From an uncultured Verrucomicrobiae bacterium (GTDB lineage Bacteria > Verrucomicrobiota > Verrucomicrobiia > Opitutales > JABDGR01), in NCBI GenBank assembly GCA_963765205.1, contig CAVXVB010000002.1, forward strand, positions 128,001 through 192,000: a stretch of 64,000 nt of DNA, read 5' to 3'. The translations under genes were made by a program, and so were the position numbers. The notes under the pieces are model-generated. The model ran no database searches. It had not been told where the DNA came from and was given only the letters and a program-made list of their open reading frames with translations. Positions 21,802-31,791 of the stretch are shown one piece after another; positions within the stretch are counted from its first letter, which is position 1, and each line of letters begins with the position of its first letter.

Positions 21802-23673
21802 TCATGGACCATAAACGCCGGTGGCGGCGTTAATTTTGCCCAGCAAGGCATCAATTTGTTTCCCGTTGTCGCGGATTTCTTTGAGAATTGGATCGCGAAC
21901 ATTAGGTCCGGCCGTTGACAAGTTTACCTGCTGATCATCGTTATGCTTGATTAAAAGCATGATTTGATTCCAGTAGGAGTCCACGATGGTGGCCGCCGTC
22001 GCTTTTGGATTCTTGACCAGCAGCACGTTGATTTGCGTGCAAATTGACGCGATTTTGTTTCGATTGGCGTCCAGCTTGCTCAATAGTTGGTCCCGGGCTG
22101 GATTCGTCGAAGGAATGAATTGCCCCCGGGTTACGGTCGCGGTACGAGCGTAGATTGGCATGGCGTCCACCTGCGCTTGCATCGTCAAGTCATCGGTCAC
22201 CAACGGGCCGAGTTGGTTGCGCAAGCCTGGCAAAGGATCATTGGAGGGCGCCTCCGGGTTGGGTGTTTGCGCTGGCGGTGGTGTCGGAGGCGGCGCGTCG
22301 GCCACCATGTCGGCTTCCACCAGATTGGCTGGCACCATTTGGAGAAAGGCCACACTTTCCGCCGACAGGTTCGACAAAGGGTAGTTATAGGTCTTGCCAT
22401 CATCGAGAGTGAATTTTACCGCGTCATTGCTGCGGCCCAGCAGATGCGCCTGCAGAGCCTGGCCACTTTGGGAAATCAGGGTATAGTCCAGTGGGAACTC
22501 GAGTCGCAAATCGGCGGGCAACAATTGCAAGAATTTCTGATCTTCCGCCGTAAATGAAGTCATGGGCAAATAATAATTGCGACCATCCGCCATGAGGGTG
22601 TATTCGACGATATTCGGAGTGCGTCCTTCGAGCTGCACGCGCATGGGCTTTCCATCGGGTCCCGTTAGAGTGTATTCAAACGGGAACCGAAAAACCAGGT
22701 CGGACGGCAGCATGCGTAGGATCTTCTGATCCAGCGTCGAAAAATCCGTGAGTGGGGCGTAGTAAGTGAGGCCGTCGCTCAACAGGGTGTATTTGATCGT
22801 GCTGGCCGAGCGGCCCTCGATCCGCAGGTTCAGCGTCTTGCCCGTGTTATCGGTCAAAATACATTCCAGAGGAACATTGAGGTAGACGTTGGGGCCCGCC
22901 AACTGGACGAGTTTTTGATCCAGCGCGCTCAGCTCACTCAGGGGAACGTATCGTTCGGCGCCATCGGCCAAACCCAGTTTGACCACCGTATTGCTGCGTC
23001 CAAGAATGGTATCAGCCAAAATTTTACCTTGGGTGTCCTTGACCGTGTAGGAAATCGGGAACTCCGCCCGGATCTCATCGGGTAACTGCTGCAAAACAAT
23101 TTGGTCGCTGGTCGAAAATGCGGAAATGGGGGCGTAATGGGTTGCATGGTCGTCCAATGACGTATACTTTACCCAATCGTCATTGCGGCCTTCGATGCGT
23201 ACCAGCGCGGGCTTGGCCCCGTCGGGGCCCATTTGACATTCAAAAGGATAGGCGAACTTGAGCTGTTGGTCCAAATGCTGCACAAACTCCTGGTCCGTGC
23301 CGGACAAAGTGGACACGGCCACATACTGCGTCGAGTTATCGTCCTTCGAAACATATTGAATGACATCCTTGTTGCAGGCGACCAGGCGCCCGGTGATTGC
23401 GTGACCTTGCAAGTCCGTCAAAGTTCGATTTTGGGGCAGTTGATAGCGCCAGTAAAAATGAAAATACACCCAACCGGACACCGCCGCCACCGCCAGCACA
23501 AAGATCACCGCCTTCCAAGGGAACATTCGAACCGGCTCCGGCGGCGGAACATAAACCGCTTGTGGAGCCCGGTTTGGATTGCCTAGGGGACGCGGCGGAG
23601 GGGTTGGCGTCGAGGCCGGCGCAGGCGTTGATTTTGCGGGGATACCCTGATCCGATGGTGTCGGGGAGTCCAT
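21802..23673 (-). CDS. Single-TM protein with six tandem ~62-aa SHD1-like repeats and a helical C-terminus
   Basis: Repeat consensus P.eytLtd..Gk.....ieGR....vkytl..Dg..yy.Pls.fs..DQk.lq.lp. Confidence 0.75.
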   Translation of the reverse strand: MDSPTPSDQGIPAKSTPAPASTPTPPPRPLGNPNRAPQAVYVPPPEPVRMFPWKAVIFVLAVAAVSGWVYFHFYWRYQLPQNRTLTDLQGHAITGRLVACNKDVIQYVSKDDNSTQYVAVSTLSGTDQEFVQHLDQQLKFAYPFECQMGPDGAKPALVRIEGRNDDWVKYTSLDDHATHYAPISAFSTSDQIVLQQLPDEIRAEFPISYTVKDTQGKILADTILGRSNTVVKLGLADGAERYVPLSELSALDQKLVQLAGPNVYLNVPLECILTDNTGKTLNLRIEGRSASTIKYTLLSDGLTYYAPLTDFSTLDQKILRMLPSDLVFRFPFEYTLTGPDGKPMRVQLEGRTPNIVEYTLMADGRNYYLPMTSFTAEDQKFLQLLPADLRLEFPLDYTLISQSGQALQAHLLGRSNDAVKFTLDDGKTYNYPLSNLSAESVAFLQMVPANLVEADMVADAPPPTPPPAQTPNPEAPSNDPLPGLRNQLGPLVTDDLTMQAQVDAMPIYARTATVTRGQFIPSTNPARDQLLSKLDANRNKIASICTQINVLLVKNPKATAATIVDSYWNQIMLLIKHNDDQQVNLSTAGPNVRDPILKEIRDNGKQIDALLGKINAATGVYGP

Positions 23674-23756
23674 GGCGCAACGGACGTTGGAAAAATGATG
23701 CAGGCCGTCAATCGGCAAGGCTTATTGGCGATTCCTCATTACGTTGGGAGCATCCC

Positions 23757-23795
23757 CTTTCCGCCAAAGTTGTCAAGGGTGCTTTTGGCGGAAAG
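23757..23795. promoter_or_regulatory. 12-bp inverted repeat enclosing a minus-strand TTGACA
   Basis: CTTTCCGCCAAA-N15-TTTGGCGGAAAG, with TGTCAA at 23771-23776, upstream of the repeat protein gene. Confidence 0.5.
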
Positions 23796-23926
23796 CTCCG
23801 ATTCTGCTGAGTGCTTGCGGGTTATTTGCCCTCCGCGCTTTTGCGCTTGTGCTCCCGGCCCTTCCTGCGCTATGAAGACTCTTTGCACCGTTGGGTCCGG
23901 GCTGGCTTGGACACGATGGCGCGCAG

Positions 23927-24003
23927 CGGAGTGTAGCTTAGCCTGGTAGAGCGCTACGTTCGGGACGTAGAGGCCGTGGGTTCGAATCCCACCACTCCGA
24001 CCA
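23927..24003 (+). tRNA. tRNA-Pro(CGG)
   Basis: CGGAGTG/CACTCCG acceptor stem, anticodon arm CTACG-TTCGGGA-CGTAG, GTTCGAATC T-loop, encoded CCA. Confidence 0.98.
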
Positions 24004-25258
24004 TTTTCAGTTTTGGACAATCTTGGACAGACAGGGACGGAAGCGGATAAACTTGCCCATTATCAATGGGTTGCGAATCTGGTATCACGACTTGGGATTT
24101 TTCGGTTTGGACAGGCTTGGACTCCAAAACCCCGTTTTGGCCACTTTTAAGTGGCAATGGGCGTGGCACGTTTTGAATATGGTCGGTAGGTTTTGCCGCG
24201 ATTCCGGCCAGGGCTTGAAGCCCCTCCTTCAAAGGTAGCTGGGTGGCATCGGTATAGACCCAATCCGTATGCTTGAGGCTTTTATGCCGCGCCAGTTGCA
24301 TGATCACCCGCGACGGCACCCCGGCCTTTTGCAGTTGGGTAATGAAGGTGCGCCTGAAAGTATGAATGCCCGCAGAACGCCCCAAGGAATCTGCGCGGGC
24401 AATCCCTGCTTTCGCCATGTCCAGATGCAGCGTGTCGTTCTTGACCACCCCGCGCCAGAAGACGGGAGTCTCCGGCTTGGCCCATACTGGACGGGCGTCG
24501 CATAGCTCAGGCACCAGGGCGGGCAGAATCGGCAACCAATCGGCGCGGCGGCTTTTGGTTGCTTCTGGGCGCAAGTAAAGACCAGGGTTTTCGCCGTCCA
24601 ACTGGACATCCTTCCAGAGCAAGCGCCTGGATTCCTCGTGCCGCAGACCTGTCATCGCCATAAAACGGTAATAGAACTGCCGACGGGGCGCGGCGGCGCA
24701 GAGGCGGGCAAGCTCATCCTCGGTAAACGCCCGTGGCCCGTCCATGGATTTTTGGGGCTGAGGCAGTTTTTGGATGCGTTTGAGCGGATTGGACACCTCG
24801 TAAGTGCGCTCCGCCCAGTTCAGGAACACCGTCACCGAGTCGAGAAAATGGTTTTGTGTGCGCACCGCATAGCCATGGTTCGAGTTGCGCCAGTCCAGGA
24901 AGCTTTTGGCGGTTATGTCGCTTAGCGTTTTCCAGTGGCAGAATTTCAGCGTCGCCGGGAAACGAATTTTGAGACTGCGCAGGTATTCGCTTGAACGCTC
25001 GCGTTTGCGCACCTCCTTGAGAAATTCCTCGAATAGCTCCATGAGCGGACGCTTCATGGCCTTGCGTGTGTCCGCAGCGGGAATCAACCCGTCCTCTTCG
25101 CGCTGAGCGTCCTCAAATATCTCCTTGAGGCGCTTTTCGGCGACTTCCTTGACGGTGGTATGCAGCGTGACCTCATGCACTTTCGGGTTGTCACCCACCC
25201 GGTAACGGCCCCGATAGCTGCGGCGCGCGCCTTTCGGCGGTATTAGGTATTTTTGCAT
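23954..25258 (-). CDS. Tyrosine recombinase/integrase; 3' end overlaps the tRNA
   Basis: TGLRHEE (R), TKS (K), HTFRRT (HxxR), ARHKS (H) and WVYTD (Y). Confidence 0.95.
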   Translation of the reverse strand: MQKYLIPPKGARRSYRGRYRVGDNPKVHEVTLHTTVKEVAEKRLKEIFEDAQREEDGLIPAADTRKAMKRPLMELFEEFLKEVRKRERSSEYLRSLKIRFPATLKFCHWKTLSDITAKSFLDWRNSNHGYAVRTQNHFLDSVTVFLNWAERTYEVSNPLKRIQKLPQPQKSMDGPRAFTEDELARLCAAAPRRQFYYRFMAMTGLRHEESRRLLWKDVQLDGENPGLYLRPEATKSRRADWLPILPALVPELCDARPVWAKPETPVFWRGVVKNDTLHLDMAKAGIARADSLGRSAGIHTFRRTFITQLQKAGVPSRVIMQLARHKSLKHTDWVYTDATQLPLKEGLQALAGIAAKPTDHIQNVPRPLPLKSGQNGVLESKPVQTEKSQVVIPDSQPIDNGQVYPLPSLSVQDCPKLKMVGVVGFEPTASTSRT

Positions 25259-25467
25259 GGCTGGATTCCTTTCCCTTTTTCGATCTGGCGTTGAATGTAT
25301 TTATACACTTCCGATGCCTGAACATGCCGTGTCGCACCGAGCTTGTAGCTGGGTAGATGCCCCTGGCTAATCAGGCGGCGAACCGTCTTGACACTCTTAC
25401 GGAGAATTTTCGCCGCCTCTTCCAAGGTGCCGGGTGGTTCAAAGTTATCGGGATTAGGAGCGTTCAT
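25243..25467 (-). CDS. Excisionase-like HTH_17 DNA-binding protein
   Basis: TLEEAAKILRKSVKTVRRLISQGHLPSYKLG; overlaps the int start. Confidence 0.88.
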   Translation of the reverse strand: MNAPNPDNFEPPGTLEEAAKILRKSVKTVRRLISQGHLPSYKLGATRHVQASEVYKYIQRQIEKGKGIQPCKNT

Positions 25468-25646
25468 GGCTTGGACTTTTTTCGAGACCGTGGGGCCTTT
25501 TTGAGAGGTGAAGAGATGGGAGTGTCAGTAGAGGACGGTCTAATGGGCCGGGAGGGGTGCATTTGTTCGTAAGCGTCTCGTCGCTCTTGTTCATCAAACT
25601 CATCTTCATTATGTTCATCTTCGGCATCTTCGTCGAGGGTGGCCTT
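25464..25646 (-). pseudogene. 3' remnant of a gene coupled to xis
   Basis: Startless 60-codon frame KATLDEDAEDEHNEDEF...RKKSKP whose TGA overlaps the xis ATG (ATGA). Confidence 0.55.
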
Positions 25647-26151
25647 TTAAAGGTTTTAGCGTCAATCATATTCTTGGTTATATTCTGCCTTTTGTGTGTA
25701 TGTTATCGCTACTTGGTCTGTTAATTGAAAACTTAAGTCATCGTATTGGGCCAAAGTATTAAGGATGAGGATCACCGCTCGCGAAGTGAACCCTTACGCC
25801 AATCAGCCCCACAGTGAAGGCCCGCGCTGCCTCGCACCACCCGACAATATTAATGAATTGTTTATTTGTGTGTTTATTTGCTATCGTTGTTTTTAAGACA
25901 AAGCCATTTCCGCAAACACGCCGGCTTTTCTGTACATCGTAATGACACCGTCACAATAATTCAACCTGCAGCCAAAGCAATTTGAACTTTGGTCAGCCCT
26001 TTCCGTTGCAACTACTTGGCCAAACAGCTTTTTAGGTTCGAATCACTCCGGCCATTTTTTCTAAAGCAGCCGGGAGCCGGGAGCGCGGAACTGGGAGTTG
26101 ACGGAGAATGAATACGTCCGCAGCTTAATCTGCGCCAAGAAAACCGGCCTG

Positions 26152-28113
26152 CTACAAACCGCCTGCCGGGGGTTTGGGCGGCGCCGGGCTGGCCAGGTCG
26201 AGCACGTAGAAAAACCCGTCGTCGAAGCGGTGGGTGCGCGACTGGGCCAGTTCTGCCAGGTCGTCCTGGAACGCAAACGAGAGCGCGGTCTCCTGGTTCA
26301 TCACCCGGCCCATCGAGGGGTCGAGGTTAAAGCGGTAAATCGCGCGCGGATAGTTGGCCTGTGTTTTATAGGCATAAATGATATAGCGGATGTTTTGCTT
26401 GAGCAGGTAGGCCGCCACGGCCTCGCCGCCCTGGTGGACGGGCAGCCCGGAGGGCGGGCTGGATTCTCCCGGCCAGTCGGCGACATAAATGGGATTGCGG
26501 TTAAAATCGAACAGATAGGGCTCGTCGGTGTAGGCGAGAATTTTGGCGCCCGCGGGTACGTTGACCTGCACCGAGTGGACGAGGCCGGCCCATTCCGTCC
26601 AGTCGTTCGCCTGGCCCTCCAGGCTGTTGGCCAGATCGTGGGGCACGATTTGGCCGTAGGTCATATACAGTTCTTTTGCGTGGCCCAGCAACAATGCGGC
26701 CAGCAGGACGGGGCCGGCGTGGCGCGCCCAACGCCCGCTGGGTGGCCCGCCCAGTTTAAGGCCGGCGTGCCAGACGCAGGCCAGCGCCATGGTCAGCGCC
26801 GTCATTTGGGCCGCCGCCAGATAGCGTTCGACGTTGTTGTATTCAGTCGCCATCGCGATCAGTGGCCACGCAATCAGCCACCCGCCAACGATGGCCAACG
26901 TGACGCAGGCAACGGGGCCGCCCGCGGCCGCGCGCACGGCGGGGCGGGACCAGGCGAGCAGCAGGCCCGCAAGGATTATGCATGGCAATATTAGGCCGGT
27001 TTTCAAGGCTTGCACGGCATCGCCATGAAACGGCGCGGGCACCGAGGGGAAAAAGACCTCCACTTGAAATCCCCGGCCCAGCAGGGGATAGAGCGGCGTG
27101 CCAGCGGAATGATATTGCCACCACATCCATGGCAGCATCACGGCCACGCCCGCCAGCGCCACGAGCAAACCGAGGCCCAGTGGACGCCATTTTTTTTCGG
27201 CCAGCGCGCCCAGGCCCGCGGAGCCCGCGACCAGCACGACTGCCGTGGGAATGGTTGTGCTCTTGAGTGAGCAGGCGGCTCCGAGGAGCAATCCGGCCCT
27301 CAGCAACCATGGCCTTCGCGGCGTTGTGGGACCATATAATTGCACCAATGCCGAACAGAGCGCAAGGAGTACGGCCACCGTCGTGGTGGTACTGCTGATG
27401 TTGACATACCAAGGGCGGAAGATCAGCGGCACGAGCATCAACAACGCCGCCCCGGTGCGCCCGAGTTGCAGCCGCACTCCCAGGCCCGCCGCGGCGAGGC
27501 ACGCCGCTGCCAGCCCCACGCCACCTTCGATGATATGCACGTTGTCCGGCGCAAAGAGGGCCAGCGCCATCGCGTTGAGAAAATGTTGCGCACCCAGGGC
27601 GGACATCAACTGCCGGGAATTGAACGGATCCGCGCCGATCGTGCCCGTCTGCAACATTCGTTCAGGCGAAACCAAATAGGACATCGAATCGTCCTGGGGA
27701 TTAAAGTAGGAATGTCCCGCCCACGCCGCGTAGGGAAAAAAGGTTTTTATCAACACGCTGCCCGCAAAGCGCAGCGCGAGCGCGCCCAGAGGCAGCGCCA
27801 GCCACCCCAGCCATGGCCAATCTCTTGCCTTGCGCCGCCAAGTGACGGGATGCGGCATTTTTTTCAAAGGCGAGATGAGAGAACAACCCGCCAGCGCGCA
27901 GCCGGCCAAAACAAAAACAACCACACTTATGCGCGTGGCCAGCCCGCCTAAATTCAGCAAACTGCCGATGAAACTGCTCAGAGCGATGCCCCACGCCGGC
28001 GCCTCCAGCCAGTCGGCTGCCGCGTGGCTCTGCCGGGCCAGCAAGCGCCCCCAACCCGCCAACGCGGCCAACACTGCCAGACCCCACAACAGCACCGGAA
28101 GGAAATTGTCCAT
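26152..28113 (-). CDS. Multi-TM membrane protein, possibly a GT-C fold glycosyltransferase
   Basis: More than 10 TM segments, acidic QDD in an early loop, soluble C-terminal domain. Confidence 0.65.
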   Translation of the reverse strand: MDNFLPVLLWGLAVLAALAGWGRLLARQSHAAADWLEAPAWGIALSSFIGSLLNLGGLATRISVVVFVLAGCALAGCSLISPLKKMPHPVTWRRKARDWPWLGWLALPLGALALRFAGSVLIKTFFPYAAWAGHSYFNPQDDSMSYLVSPERMLQTGTIGADPFNSRQLMSALGAQHFLNAMALALFAPDNVHIIEGGVGLAAACLAAAGLGVRLQLGRTGAALLMLVPLIFRPWYVNISSTTTTVAVLLALCSALVQLYGPTTPRRPWLLRAGLLLGAACSLKSTTIPTAVVLVAGSAGLGALAEKKWRPLGLGLLVALAGVAVMLPWMWWQYHSAGTPLYPLLGRGFQVEVFFPSVPAPFHGDAVQALKTGLILPCIILAGLLLAWSRPAVRAAAGGPVACVTLAIVGGWLIAWPLIAMATEYNNVERYLAAAQMTALTMALACVWHAGLKLGGPPSGRWARHAGPVLLAALLLGHAKELYMTYGQIVPHDLANSLEGQANDWTEWAGLVHSVQVNVPAGAKILAYTDEPYLFDFNRNPIYVADWPGESSPPSGLPVHQGGEAVAAYLLKQNIRYIIYAYKTQANYPRAIYRFNLDPSMGRVMNQETALSFAFQDDLAELAQSRTHRFDDGFFYVLDLASPAPPKPPAGGL

Positions 28114-28402
28114 GCGTGGCAAAAGGGAAAGGACTGGGCGGCTTGACCAACGCAAACCATCGGATGAGGCGCTGGCAACGCAAATGTGGAAGGCCGCGCC
28201 CTTGGGTTTCGCCGGCATTTTCCTCAATTAAAACGGTCGTTTGAATCGAAGGGGAGTCGCATGACAAGGGTTTTACATTCCGCCGGTTGTTTCGCAAGTT
28301 GTTGGTTTATAGCGGCGAAATGGCTGTTGGCCCGGGCGGATTCCAGGGCCGTGGAAAATGCGCGCGACATTTTTTTCAAAGAGGTGGTATAATGGTTCCA
28401 TC

Positions 28403-28999
28403 ATGAGCTCCGCCGACCTTACTGCTGACAAACTTTTGCTCGAACGCTTCCGCCAGGGCGACAATCGCGCCTTTGACGACATTGTGCATCGCTATTACGA
28501 ACCGATCTTCCGCCGTGTCTTTGGCTTGCTGAAAAACCACGAGGACGCCGAGGAAGTCACCCAGGACACATTTTTGCGCGCGCGCCGCGGGTTGGAGGCC
28601 TTTCGCGGCGACGCCGCGTTTTCCACCTGGCTCTACCAGATCGCCACCAACCTCGCGCACAACCGCTACTGGTTTTGGTGGCGGCGCGGTCGGCACGCCG
28701 CCGTGTCGCTCGATGCCTCAGTCAGCCCCGAGGCCGGGCTGACCTTGGCCGAGGTGCTGCCGGATGAGGAGCCGGACCCGGGAAAAAACGCGGTCACCCA
28801 GGAGCTGGTGGAGCGGGTCGAGGCGGCGATGGGTCGGCTCAGCCCCGCCCACCGCGAAATCCTGACCTTGCGTAATGTGCGCGATCTGTCATATGAAGAG
28901 ATTGCCGCTTTGCTGAACCTGAGCTTGGGCACGGTCAAGAGCCGCATCGCCCGGGCGCGCGAGGCGCTTAAACAGGTTCTGGGCGACCAAGCCGCATGA
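28403..28999 (+). CDS. ECF sigma factor (RpoE-like)
   Basis: DAEEVTQDTF, FSTWLYQIATN and LSYEEIA..L.LSLGTVKSRIARAR. Confidence 0.95.
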   Translation: MSSADLTADKLLLERFRQGDNRAFDDIVHRYYEPIFRRVFGLLKNHEDAEEVTQDTFLRARRGLEAFRGDAAFSTWLYQIATNLAHNRYWFWWRRGRHAAVSLDASVSPEAGLTLAEVLPDEEPDPGKNAVTQELVERVEAAMGRLSPAHREILTLRNVRDLSYEEIAALLNLSLGTVKSRIARAREALKQVLGDQAA

Positions 29000-30029
29000 C
29001 GGAAAAACAATTCGACGATCTCACCAATCTCTACCTCGACCACGAGATTGGCGGGAATGACTTGCGGGAATTGAAGGATGCCATCCGCCACAACGTGCTG
29101 CTGCGGCGCAAGTTCGAGCGGGCTTGTGAAATCCACCAGGCGGCGCGCAAAGCCTTGCTTTCGCAGGCGGGCGGCCATGTTCCCGGCGAAGGCACTGGCA
29201 CGGGGGCTAGATCCAGCCCTGCGGCGCGGACGGCCTCCTCCACCGGGTCAGGTTTGACCCGGCCTCGCGGCGGGCGGCCTGTGGCGGCGGGGCCCAGTTC
29301 CGGCAAGCAAAAGCAAAGCCAGGCGCACCGCAATGCCTCGGTTGTGTCTTTGGCCGAGCGGCAGCTAAACAAAGGCGCGGCCAGCGAGGTGGACTTGAAC
29401 CGGATCAGCCTCGAATCGCACGGCTCGTCCAAACCCGCTGTCGGCGGCCGGCACATTTTTTCATTTTTTGATTCTCCGGTGGGTTTGATGATCGGCGGCC
29501 TTTTGCTGATTCTCGGGGGGGCGGTCTTGTATTTCACCTTCAAGTTCACCACGCCCGAGCAGAACGACGACGGTAATCGGTCAAAAATACCGCCCTCCAC
29601 CAATCGGATGTCGTCATTGACCCGAAGGTGCTGCGGGAATTGTCCGCCGACCAAAAAAACAAGCCGCCGGCCGAGGACGCGGCGCACGCGCGCAATTACC
29701 AGGCGGCGTTGACCGGGCAGGCGGCGGTCACGACCCCGCCGGCGAATGATTACGCGTCCACGGCGAATACCTCCTCCGCGACTAGCGCGGCACCCACCGG
29801 GCCCACCGCAGTCGACCTGGCTTTGCCGGCCGCACCGGGCGCGCTAATCCCTGGCGCGGTCAACCTGACTCCATCGGCGCTTATCAATGCGCCGGGCGCG
29901 AGCGCCCTCGCACCCACGCAGGATCCTTGGGTGCAATTATCCATGCCCTCCCCGTTGCCACCCGCCTCTTCGCCGGATGATAAAAACCCGCCCACCAACC
30001 AAACGAATGTGCCGGTGATGCTGCCGTGA
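28996..30029 (+). CDS. Putative anti-sigma factor, frameshifted near 29600
   Basis: ATGA-coupled to the sigma gene; NLYLDHEI N-terminus; one TM. The Pro/Ala/Thr-rich tail continues in a second frame. Confidence 0.65.
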
Positions 30030-30056
30030 GTGCAGGGCTTTCAACTCCCCCTTATC

Positions 30057-30927
30057 CTACACATCGAAATTCGAAAAAGCTAATATTGCCAAAAGATAAA
30101 AGGCTACTGGCCCGGCGAGGAGCAGACTATCCGCCAAGTCCAACGCGCCGCCGATGCCGGGGATGCACCGTCCAGAATCTTTGACGCCCGCGCGGCGCTT
30201 GAAGACGGATTTCGGACAGGTCGGAGACGATGGCGGCAATGCCTATGGGAAACGCCAAACAGACGGCGCGGATGGGCGTCAGCCACTCGGGGAAGAATTG
30301 CGGGGCAAACTGCACCGGCAAATATGCGACTAGCGCTGACAGCAATAGCCCCCCCGCGACGCCTTCCCAAGTCTTTCCCGGGCTGATGGACGGCGCCAGT
30401 TTGTGCCGGCCAAATATCGAGCCAATAAGGTAACCGCCGACATCCGTAAATTTCGCGACGGCAATCACCCAAATCGCCAAGCTTAGGCCATTATTACCCC
30501 CAAACTGCGGACCAATGATTATAAATATTAATAAATAATGTATCATCATAAACGGAACATAAACGAGTGCGAGTACAGACCCGGCCAAACGGTTGATGGC
30601 AGTCGTGCCTTGGGCGCTGGCCAGCGCACCAACGACAAGCGCAACAGGAACGAGCATAAGGATTAGAGGAAGCAATACGAATTGCCAGTAAGACGATAGA
30701 CCGAAAACGACCATCATTCCAAATACCATCATTATAATAAATCCGAGCGTCAAAGTTGGTGTTTTCCACGGCGGCAGCCCGGATTTTTCCAGCAGGCCTT
30801 GAAATTCGTATTGCGCGAGCAGCGTGAAAACGGCCAGCAGCACGACTCCGCCGGGCGCGCCGAATAAATAGATGGTCCCGAGGACGACCGTCCACAACCC
30901 GACTGTGCTGAGCGTGCGTTTAATCAC
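30057..30927 (-). CDS. cdsA: Phosphatidate cytidylyltransferase, frameshifted near 30210
   Basis: [38 protein letters not shown] is split across two frames. Confidence 0.93.
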
Positions 30928-31709
30928 TTGGGCGAAGCGGGTTCGGGCGCGGGCAGGCGCACTTGTTCCCCCGTCTGTCCGAAACGCCGCTCGCGCCGTT
31001 TGTAGGCTTCAAGCGCCTCGACGAAGTGCGCGCGGCTGAATTCCGGCCAATACACCGGGCTGAAATACATCTCTGCATACGCCGCTTGCAGCAGCAGGAA
31101 ATTGCTCAGGCGGCTTTCTCCCGAGGTACGGATGATGAGGTCGGGGTCGGGCAGGCCGTTCGTGGAAAGGTATTGGGCCAGGCGCGCCCAGTCCAACTCG
31201 GCGGGATTTTCCCGGCCCGCGCGCACGGCCTCGGCATACTCCCGTGCGGCCTCGACCGCTTCCTGGCGCGAGCCGTAATTGAGCGCCAGTACCAGCGTAT
31301 GTTCGGTGAAGTGGGCGGTGCGGGCCAGGGCGCGTTCGAGGCAGGCGCGCGCCCGCTCGGGCAATTGGTCAATGCGGCCGATGGTGCGCAGGCGCACCTG
31401 GTTTTGCTCGAGTTCGCGCGTGTAGCGTTCGAGAAAAATCTCCAGCAACCCCATCAGCGCGCCGACTTCCTCGGCCGGCCGGCGCCAATTCTCCGCGGAG
31501 AACGCGTAGAGCGTGAGGTAGGGCACGTCGAGGTCGCGCGCCACCTCGACAATGCGTCGTACATTTTCCACGCCCTGTCGGTGGCCCTCGATGCGTGGCA
31601 ATCCGCGCGCGCGCGCCCAGCGGCCGTTGCCATCCATGATGATGGCCACGTGCTGTGGGTTCGTGGATTGCTCGGCGGCGGATTTCGGACACAGGGTTGG
31701 GCCGGTCAA
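30924..31709 (-). CDS. uppS: Undecaprenyl diphosphate synthase
   Basis: HVAIIMDGNGRWA, AFSAENWRRP and IRTSGESRLSNFLL motifs. Confidence 0.96.
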   Translation of the reverse strand: MTGPTLCPKSAAEQSTNPQHVAIIMDGNGRWARARGLPRIEGHRQGVENVRRIVEVARDLDVPYLTLYAFSAENWRRPAEEVGALMGLLEIFLERYTRELEQNQVRLRTIGRIDQLPERARACLERALARTAHFTEHTLVLALNYGSRQEAVEAAREYAEAVRAGRENPAELDWARLAQYLSTNGLPDPDLIIRTSGESRLSNFLLLQAAYAEMYFSPVYWPEFSRAHFVEALEAYKRRERRFGQTGEQVRLPAPEPASPK

Positions 31710-31791
31710 AATAAGTTACGGAAGTATGTATTTAACGCACAGACATAAATGGGCGCAAGCCCTTGTTGGCATCCTTTTGATTTTCGGGTTT

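Larger units (their letters stand above)
23979..26058. mobile_element. Reduced tRNA-integrated element (int + xis + gene remnant) with a degenerate attR
   Basis: tRNA end GGTTCGAATCCCACCACTCCGACCATTTT is repeated as GGTTCGAATCACTCCGGCCATTTT at 26035-26058. The interior is lower in GC. Confidence 0.8.

Noticed and set aside
25454..25669. 71-aa Met/Lys-rich ORF in the track
   Set aside because: Its composition is the off-frame reading of an acidic GAW-rich frame that couples to xis.
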